A DNA stretch of 64,000 bases from an uncultured Clostridia bacterium (GTDB lineage Bacteria; Acidobacteriota; Aminicenantia; UBA2199). The stretch covers positions 2,917 through 66,916 of the forward strand of contig CAYZNT010000014.1 of the NCBI GenBank assembly GCA_964479735.1, in the 5' to 3' direction. Of this stretch, positions 56,210-64,000 are shown one piece after another. How positions within the stretch are numbered: the stretch's first letter is position 1; every line of letters starts with the position of its first letter. The translations under genes were made by a program, and so were the position numbers. The notes beneath the pieces were generated by a model. The model did no database searches, was not told the DNA's origin, and saw only the letters and a program-made list of their open reading frames with translations.

Positions 56210-57559
56210 ATGCACTACCTGCCGCTGACGGAAGCTGACCGGGAGGAGATGCGCCGGTTTTTGGGCATCGGCTCGACCCGCGAGCTGTTCCGCTGCACGG
56301 CGACCGGCGCCTGCGACGCCCCCGTGGACGGGTTGCCGAAGGCGCTGGCGGAGAGCGAGCTGCTGCGGCGCTTCAGGGAATACGCCGCCCGCAACCGCTT
56401 CGACCGCTGCCTCAGCTTCCTCGGCGGTGGGGTGTACGCCCACTTCATCCCGGAAGTGGTCAATCACCTCAGCGCCAAGGGCGAGTTCGTCACCCCCTAC
56501 ACGCCCTACCAGCCGGAGGTCTCGCAGGGGAACCTGCAGGCCATGTTCGAGTACCAGACGATGATGGTCCAGCTCACCGGCCTGGACGTGGCCAACGCGT
56601 CGCTTTATGACGGCGGCTCCGCCGCCGCCGAAGGCGCCCTGCTGGCGGTGCGCAAGTCGGGCCGCCGCCGGCTGCTGGCCGCCGCCAGCCTCCATCCCGA
56701 GCACCTGGAGATCGTGCGCGCCTACATCCAGCACCTGGGGGTCGAGCTGGAGACGGTGGCCTGGGACCCGGCCAGCGGCCGCATCGACGCGGGAGACCTG
56801 GCGGCCAAGCTGAACGGGGAAACGGCGGCGCTGCTGCTGCAGTCCCCCAACTTCTTCGGCGTGGTCGAGGACGTCGCCGCCGCCGCGGCGGCCGTCCACG
56901 GCAGCGGCGCGGCCCTGGTGCAAGTCGTGGCCGAGGCGATGTCGCTGGCCATGCTGACCCCACCCGGGGCCAACGGCGTCGACATCGCGGTGGGCGAGGC
57001 GCAGAGCTTCGGACTGCCGGTGGGCTTCGGCGGGCCGCTGCTGGGCTTTCTGGCGGCGCGCGCCGATTTCCTTCGCCAGCTGCCCGGGCGCATCGTGGGC
57101 CAGACCGTCGACGTCGACGGCAAGCGCGGCTACGTGCTGACCCTCTCCACCCGGGAGCAGCACATCAAGCGCGAGAAGGCCACGTCCAACATCTGCACCA
57201 ACCAGGCGTGGTGCGCGGTACGCGCCGGCATGTACCTGGCCGTCATGGGCAAGGGCGGCCTGCGGCAGGCGGCCCGCGCCAGCCACCTCAACGCCGCCTA
57301 CTTCGCCGAGCGGGTGCGCTCCACCCCAGGCGTCGCGGTGCGCTTCCCGCGAGGGTTCTTCAACGAGGTGGTGCTGGACGTGACCAAGGGGACGGCCGCC
57401 GCCCTGCAGAAGAAGCTGCAGAAGCAGGGCATCCTGGCCGGGGTGCCCCTGGGCTGGTTTTTCCCCCGGATGAAGAACGCCCTGCTGCTGGCGTTCACCG
57501 AGCAGCACCGGCGGGAGGACATCGACCGCCTGGTGGCGGCCATCGGAGGCCGGTCATGA
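56210..57559 (+). CDS. gcvPA: glycine dehydrogenase (aminomethyl-transferring) subunit 1
   Basis: The N-terminus MHYLPLTEADREEM is typical of GcvPA, 449 aa. Confidence 0.9.
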   Translation: MHYLPLTEADREEMRRFLGIGSTRELFRCTATGACDAPVDGLPKALAESELLRRFREYAARNRFDRCLSFLGGGVYAHFIPEVVNHLSAKGEFVTPYTPYQPEVSQGNLQAMFEYQTMMVQLTGLDVANASLYDGGSAAAEGALLAVRKSGRRRLLAAASLHPEHLEIVRAYIQHLGVELETVAWDPASGRIDAGDLAAKLNGETAALLLQSPNFFGVVEDVAAAAAAVHGSGAALVQVVAEAMSLAMLTPPGANGVDIAVGEAQSFGLPVGFGGPLLGFLAARADFLRQLPGRIVGQTVDVDGKRGYVLTLSTREQHIKREKATSNICTNQAWCAVRAGMYLAVMGKGGLRQAARASHLNAAYFAERVRSTPGVAVRFPRGFFNEVVLDVTKGTAAALQKKLQKQGILAGVPLGWFFPRMKNALLLAFTEQHRREDIDRLVAAIGGRS

Positions 57560-58979
57560 AGCGACTCCTGCCCGAACCGATCTTCACCGTCTCCCGTCCC
57601 GGCAAGTGCGGGGTCGCCCTGGCGCCGACCGGCACCGAGGCGCAGGCCCCGGCGCTGGACGCCGCCTGGCTGCGCGGCGACATTCCCGATTTTCCCGAGA
57701 TCTCCGAGGTCGAAGCGGTCCGTCACTACACCGCCTTGGCGCACCTCAACTACTCGGTCGACGAGGGGTTCTACCCGCTGGGCTCGTGTACCATGAAGTA
57801 CAATCCGAAGGTCAACGAGAAACTCGCCGCCGACGAGGCCTTCAACGCCCACCCCTATACCCCCCACGAACTGGTGCAGGGCAACCTGGCGATCATTCAC
57901 GACCTGGGCCGCCTGCTGACGGAGATCACCGGCATGGCCGGCGTCACCCTGGCCCCGGCCGCCGGCGCCCACGGGGAATTCACGGGCATGCTGGTCATCC
58001 GCCGCTGCCTGCAGGCCCGCGGGGACGCCCGGAAGATCGTGCTGATCCCCGACTCGGCCCACGGTACCAACCCGGCATCGGCCCACTTCTCCGGCTACGA
58101 GGTGAAGCAGGTCCCCTCCAACAGCGAGGGCATCCTCGACGTGGCCACCCTGAAGCAGCACCTGACTCCCGACGTGGCCGCGTTGATGGTCACCAACCCC
58201 AACACCCTCGGCGTCTTCGAGACGCACATCCGGGAATGCGCCGAGTTGCTGCATGCCAACGGCTCCCTGCTCTACATGGACGGGGCCAACCTGAACGCCC
58301 TGCTCGGGGTGGTGCGGCCCGGTGACCTGGGCGTGGACGTACTGCACATCAACCTGCACAAGACGTTCTCCACCCCGCACGGCGGTGGCGGGCCGGGCGC
58401 CGGGCCGGTCGCCGTGGCCGCCCACCTGCTGCCCTTCCTGCCGCCACCCGACATCCGCCCGGAGGGCGACGGCTTCGCGGTCACCTACCACAAGCCGGAC
58501 ACCGTCGGCCGGATCAAGAATTTCTACGGCCAGTTCGGCGTGATGATCCGCGCCCTGGCCTACATCCTCACCCTCGGCCGGGAGAATCTGCACCGGGTGG
58601 CGGAGGACGCCGTGCTCAACGCCAACTACCTGCGCAAGCAGCTGGAGCCGGTGCTCGACCTGCCCTACGCCTCGGCCACCCTGCACGAGGTGGTCTTCTC
58701 CGACAAGAACCTCAGGGTCAGGACGCTCGACATCGCCAAGCGGCTGCTGGACTACGGCTTTCACCCCTTCACCATCTACTTCCCGCTGATCGTGCACGGG
58801 GCGATGATGATCGAGCCCACCGAAACCGAGAGCAAGGCCACGCTGGACGCGTTCGTGGCCGCCATGAAGGCCATCCTGCGCGAAGCGGAGGAGGCCCCCG
58901 AGAGGCTGCAGCAGGCCCCGCACACCACGCCGGTGCGCCGGCTGGACGAAACCCTGGCCGCGCGCCAGCTGAAGCTGTC

Positions 58980-59004
<25 letters not shown>
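57556..59004 (+). CDS. gcvPB: glycine dehydrogenase (aminomethyl-transferring) subunit 2, PLP-dependent
   Basis: The PLP-lysine region is NLHKTFSTPHGGGGPG. It overlaps gcvPA at ATGA. 482 aa. Confidence 0.9.
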
Positions 59005-59850
<846 letters not shown>

Positions 59851-59858
<8 letters not shown>

Positions 59859-61914
59859 CCTGCTGTTCGAGCTGGGTGTGGAGGAGATGCCGGCGGCGGT
59901 GGTGCGCCCGACGCTGGCGCAGCTCAAGGACGGGCTGACCGAGCGGCTGACCGCCGCCGGCGTGGTCTACTCCACGGTGGAGGCCGCCGCCACCAACCGC
60001 CGGCTGATGCTCTACGTCCAGCGCATCGGCGAGCGCACCGAAATCAAGCAGGAGACCGTCCTCGGCCCGGCCAAGAAGATCGCCCTCAACGAAATGGGCC
60101 AGCCGACCATGGCGCTGCAGAAATTCATGGAACTGCACGGCGTGCGCCTCGGCGACATCCTGGAGATCGAGACCCCCAAGGGCGTCTACCTGGGCGTGGT
60201 CAAGACGACGGGCGGCGACGAGACGGCGGACATCCTGAAGCGCATCGTTCCCGAGGTCCTGGCCGCGCTGACCTTCCCCAAGACGATGGTCTGGAACGAG
60301 TCGCGGGTCCCCTTCGTGCGCCCGGTCAAGACCATCCTGCTGCTCCTGGGCAACAAGCCGGTGGACGTGGAGTTCGCCGGGGTGAAGTCGGGCCGGCACA
60401 CCCAGGGCCACCTGCTGCTGTCCACCGAGATGCTGGAAATCGGCTCCTACAAGGAGTACATCGAGCAGTTGAGCCGCAATTTCATCCTGATCCACGAGGA
60501 GGAGCGCCGCGAGAAGATCCTGGCGGAGGTGCGCGACATCGAGGAGGACATCGGCGGCACCGTGCAGATCCCGTCGGACATGCTCGATTACTTCGTTTTC
60601 ACCAACGAGTACCCGGTGGTCTTCAGCGGCCGCTTCGACAAGCGCTACCTGGGGCTGCCCGCGGAGATCATCGGCGCCTTCATGACCCACGAGAAGAAGC
60701 TGCTGCCGGTGCACGACGCCGCCGGCCGCCTGCTCGACCAGTTCGTGGGCGTGGCCAACATTCCCGACGAGAACAAGAAGGTGAGCCAGGGCAACGAGAA
60801 GGTCGTCCAGGCCACGTTCGAGGATGCCCAGTTCTTCTGGGAAACCGACCGCAAGGAGGATTTCCTGGCCCTCCGACAGGGGCTGAAGAACGTCATGTTC
60901 CAGCGCGAGCTCGGCACCTACTGGGACAAGACCGAGCGCCTGGCCGGACTGGTCGACTTCCTGGTCCGGGAGACGGGGCACACCGACCTGCGCCAGGTTC
61001 TGCAGAAGGCCGCCTTCTGCTGCAAGAACGACCTGCTGACGCGCATGGTGCGCGAGTTTCCGTCCCTGCAGGGGGTCATGGGCGGGCTGTATCTCAAGCA
61101 GGCGGGCGAGGAGGAGCGCGTCTGGAGGGCGGTCTACGACCACTACCTGCCGCGCGGCCTGGCCGACGAGAAACTGCCCAACCTCGAGGCCGGGATGTTG
61201 TCTGCGGCCGACCGCATCGACAACCTGGCCGGCTTCTTCTCCAAGGGCATCAAGGTGTCCGGATCGAAGGACCCGTACGGCATCCGCCGCGACGCCAATG
61301 CGGTCCTGAAGATCCTCGTCGACTTCGAACTGGACGTCGACCTGGGGGCCATGCTGCGACTGGCCGCCATTCCCTTCGCCCGCGACGACGCCCACCTCAG
61401 CCAGGTGTGCCAGGGACTCCGGGAGTTCCTGCGCGGCCGCCTGGAGGCATACCTGAAGGACGTGCTGGGTTACCGCTACGACGTCGTCAATGCGGTGATG
61501 GCTCCGCTGCGGGAAATCCGGGCCCTGAAGGCGGCCAAGCGGGCCGCCGCCGTGAGCGAGATGGCCCACAGCGACTCCATCGCCGTCCTGGTCGCCCTGC
61601 ACAAGCGCCTGAAGAACATCATCAAGAAAGCCGAGCACGCGTCACTGTCCGAGGGGCTGCTGGAACAGCCGGAGGAGAGGCTCCTGTTCGAGGTGCTGCG
61701 CGAGACCAAGACCCGCACCGACGGCCTGCTGCTGAAGGACGAATACCTGGCCGCCGGGTCGCAGATCCTGGAGATGAAGCCGGTCATCGACGGTTTCTTC
61801 GACAAGGTGCTGGTCATGGCCGAGGATGCCAGCCTGCGCCGCAACCGCATCGCCCTGCTGCAGCGCATCGAGGAGATGCTCTCCGCGCTCGCCGATTTTT
61901 CCCTGATCGTCTGA
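59851..61914 (+). CDS. glyS: glycine--tRNA ligase beta subunit
   Basis: The N-terminus MADLLFELGVEEMPA is typical of GlyS. 687 aa. It overlaps glyQ by 8 nt. Confidence 0.9.
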
Positions 61915-61976
61915 CCGACCCGGCGGCTTCCCCGGGAGCGGCCCCGGGAGGCTTGCGCATTCTGATGAATTGTGCT

Positions 61977-61997
61977 AAATAGAAACCATTTCTATTT
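61977..61997 (+). promoter_or_regulatory. Fur-box-like inverted repeat overlapping the fur promoter
   Basis: AAATAGAAA-cca-TTTCTATTT is a 9-3-9 A/T-rich inverted repeat ending 3 nt before the fur ATG. It overlaps the -10 of a TTGCGC (61953-61958), 17-nt spacer, TAAATA (61976-61981) promoter. Confidence 0.5.
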
Positions 61998-62000
61998 GGC

Positions 62001-62438
62001 ATGGACTCCCATCTCGGCAAGCTGAAGGCGCATGGACTGAAGCTGACCTCGCGGCGGCGGGCGGTGATCGCCCTGTTCGCCGCCGCCGGGAGGCGCTTGG
62101 CCCCGGCCGACGTCCACCGCTCGCTGCGGCGCACCCTGCCCAGCCTGGGGCTGCCGACGGTCTACCGCATCCTGGAGGAGCTGGAAGACGCCGGCGTGCT
62201 GATCCGGCTGCGCGACGACGACCGCCGGCTCCACTACGCCCTGTGCCGGTCCGCCGCCCGCCACCACCACCACTTCGTGTGCCGCGTCTGCCAGCGGGTG
62301 GAGGAGGTCGAGTATTGCGCCTTTCCGGAGGTGGCGGCCCACCTGCAGGCGGCCCTCGGCGCGTCCTGCCACTCGCTCTCCATGCAGATCGAGGGGACCT
62401 GCGCCGCCTGCCGCCGAATGAAGAAGGAGGCCCCGTGA
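62001..62438 (+). CDS. fur: Fur family transcriptional regulator
   Basis: A DNA-binding helix (TSRRRAVIALF), metal-site histidines (HHHHF) and CxxC pairs. 145 aa. Confidence 0.8.
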   Translation: MDSHLGKLKAHGLKLTSRRRAVIALFAAAGRRLAPADVHRSLRRTLPSLGLPTVYRILEELEDAGVLIRLRDDDRRLHYALCRSAARHHHHFVCRVCQRVEEVEYCAFPEVAAHLQAALGASCHSLSMQIEGTCAACRRMKKEAP

Positions 62439-64000
62439 ACCGCTTGACCCGTGCGGCCCTGCTGCTGTGGCTGGTGATCGCTGTGACGCTTTCGGGAGAC
62501 GAACAGAAGGAGCAGCCGCCGGGCGACAAATCGCCGATGCTGCACGAACACGTGCTGGTCACCGCCACCCTGCAGGAGCGCCGCGCCCGCGACCTCTCGG
62601 CCGCGGTGTCGGTGGTGGAGCGCGACGAACTGATCGCCTCGGGGGCAAGCAATGCGCTGGCCGCGGCGAGCGGCGTTCCCGGTCTTTTCGTCCACGGCAA
62701 CGGCGACTTCGGCCGGGCCGACGTGGACATCCGCGGTCTGGGAGGGAACGGCCAGAAGATCGGCGTGCTGGTCGACGGCCGTCCGGAGAAGATGGCCTTG
62801 TTCGGCTGTGTGGTGTCGCCCACCTTCCCGCTCCTCAACGTCGAGCGCATCGAGGTCGTAAAGGGACCGGCGTCGGTCCTATACGGTTCCGACGCCCTGG
62901 CCGGCGTGGTCAACATCATCACCCGGCGACCGGAAAGAAAGGCGGCCGCCGGCATCGTCGCCGCCTACGGCGCCTACGACACGCTGCAGTTGAACCTCCA
63001 CGCCTCGGGACGCAGCGGTGCGTTCGCCTGGCAGGCCGCCTGGGATCGCCGCCGCAGCGATGGCCATGTCGCCAATTCCCAGTACCGCGGAGATGTGGCC
63101 GGCGCCCGCCTGGAATGGCGGGCCGGGGCCGGCCTGGAACTGGCCCTGCTGGGCAAGTACTACGACGGCCTGAAGCACGAGGCCGGGGCCGTCGATCGGC
63201 CGCTGCCCGACTTCTGGAACGACTACCGCCGTGGGGCCATCGAATTGAGGCTGACCCGCGAGCGGGGTCGCGGCCGGCTGAATGCGCAGCTGTTCCGGAA
63301 CTTCGGCCGCCACGTCTTCTCCGACGGCTGGAATTCGCGCGATTTCTCCGACGGCCTGCTGCTGAACTGGGTCGGCGACGACCGGCGCGGTAGACGGCTG
63401 ACCTTGGGCCTCGACTTGCGCCGGTTTTCCGGCACGCGCGTCAGCCTGCCGGGAGGCTCCTGGAGCAAGACGGAAGCCGCCCTGTTCGCCATGGCCGAGG
63501 TCCGCCCGGCCGCGGTCCTGACCCTGGCGGCCGGGGCCCGAGTGCAAACCGACTCGGTGTTCGGCACCGCGCTGGTCCCGCAGGGCGGGGCGGTGCTGCA
63601 GCTCGGCCGGCGCACCGACCTGCGCCTCCACGCCGCCGCCGGCCTCCGCTCTCCGCAGATCAACGAGCTGTTCCTGTTTCCCTCGTCCAACCCCGATCTG
63701 CGGCCGGAGCGGCTGTGGACCCTTGAAGCCGGCGTGGAACATCGCTTCGGAGACCGGCTGCGCCTTTCGGCCGCCCTGTTCCGCCTGAACGGCAGCCAGT
63801 TCATCGAACTGGCCCCCGCTCCCGGGCAGATGCCGCCGTTCCGCTTCCAGAACACCGGCGCCTTGACGTTCTGGGGATATGAAGTCGGCGTCGACGCCCT
63901 GGCCGGGCGGTCGTGGAACGCGCGCGCTTTCTACTCCCGCCTCCACCCGGGAGAGCGAACCCGGGGCCGCCCCGGCAACAAGCTCGACACCCGGCTGGGG
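62435..64000 (+). CDS. TonB-dependent outer membrane receptor, 3'-truncated by the window edge
   Basis: It is absent from the ORF track because it has no stop within the window. I translated it myself from a GTG at about 62435: MNRLTRAALLLWLVIAVTLSG, then plug-domain motifs (DIRGLGGNGQKIGVLVDGRP, IERIEVVKGPASVLYGSDALAGVVNIIT). The frame stays open to base 64000. Confidence 0.75.
   Translation, partial: MNRLTRAALLLWLVIAVTLSGDEQKEQPPGDKSPMLHEHVLVTATLQERRARDLSAAVSVVERDELIASGASNALAAASGVPGLFVHGNGDFGRADVDIRGLGGNGQKIGVLVDGRPEKMALFGCVVSPTFPLLNVERIEVVKGPASVLYGSDALAGVVNIITRRPERKAAAGIVAAYGAYDTLQLNLHASGRSGAFAWQAAWDRRRSDGHVANSQYRGDVAGARLEWRAGAGLELALLGKYYDGLKHEAGAVDRPLPDFWNDYRRGAIELRLTRERGRGRLNAQLFRNFGRHVFSDGWNSRDFSDGLLLNWVGDDRRGRRLTLGLDLRRFSGTRVSLPGGSWSKTEAALFAMAEVRPAAVLTLAAGARVQTDSVFGTALVPQGGAVLQLGRRTDLRLHAAAGLRSPQINELFLFPSSNPDLRPERLWTLEAGVEHRFGDRLRLSAALFRLNGSQFIELAPAPGQMPPFRFQNTGALTFWGYEVGVDALAGRSWNARAFYSRLHPGERTRGRPGNKLDTRLG

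Noticed and set aside
62879-63946. 355-aa minus-strand ORF
   Set aside because: It is antisense to the TonB-dependent receptor. The receptor was not in the ORF track only because it lacks a stop inside the window.

Overview
This is a high-GC (~70%) chromosomal window with the gene content of an anaerobic deltaproteobacterium-like organism. It is densely coding; I found no rRNA, tRNA, CRISPR array or prophage structural module. Recognisable blocks, in order: (1) a 5'-truncated ATP-grasp ligase, a GNAT acetyltransferase and CorA; (2) a translationally coupled M16B peptidase pair on the minus strand; (3) two tandem paralogous secreted fibre-like proteins with C-terminal phage tail-fibre-type intramolecular chaperone (peptidase S74) domains, whose 3' ends share a 464-bp perfect repeat, followed 28 nt later by a stand-alone TPR-secretin lipoprotein; (4) PhzF, a RAYT-like/DnaA_C fusion and an acyl-ACP thioesterase; (5) a TM1266-like regulator, ackA and a YgiQ radical-SAM gene; (6) an hdrCBA-flxDCBA-type flavin-based electron-bifurcation cluster; (7) trkHA and a PtsN-like EIIA; (8) a TetR-regulated TolC/MFP/RND efflux operon whose RND gene carries a 1-nt frameshift; (9) tungstate transporter tupABC; (10) a membrane H+/Na+-pyrophosphatase; (11) an amino-acid/peptide scavenging neighbourhood (APC permeases, NSS symporter, S9, M48, DPP3-like and GGT enzymes) with an orphan MotAB pair; (12) the glycine cleavage system gcvT-H-PA-PB directly overlapping glyQS; (13) a Fur box, fur and a 3'-truncated TonB-dependent receptor. 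The most unusual element is the fibre-paralog/secretin locus, a candidate undescribed secretin-associated surface-fibre system. All calls come from reading the supplied sequence and ORF translations; no database searches were run.
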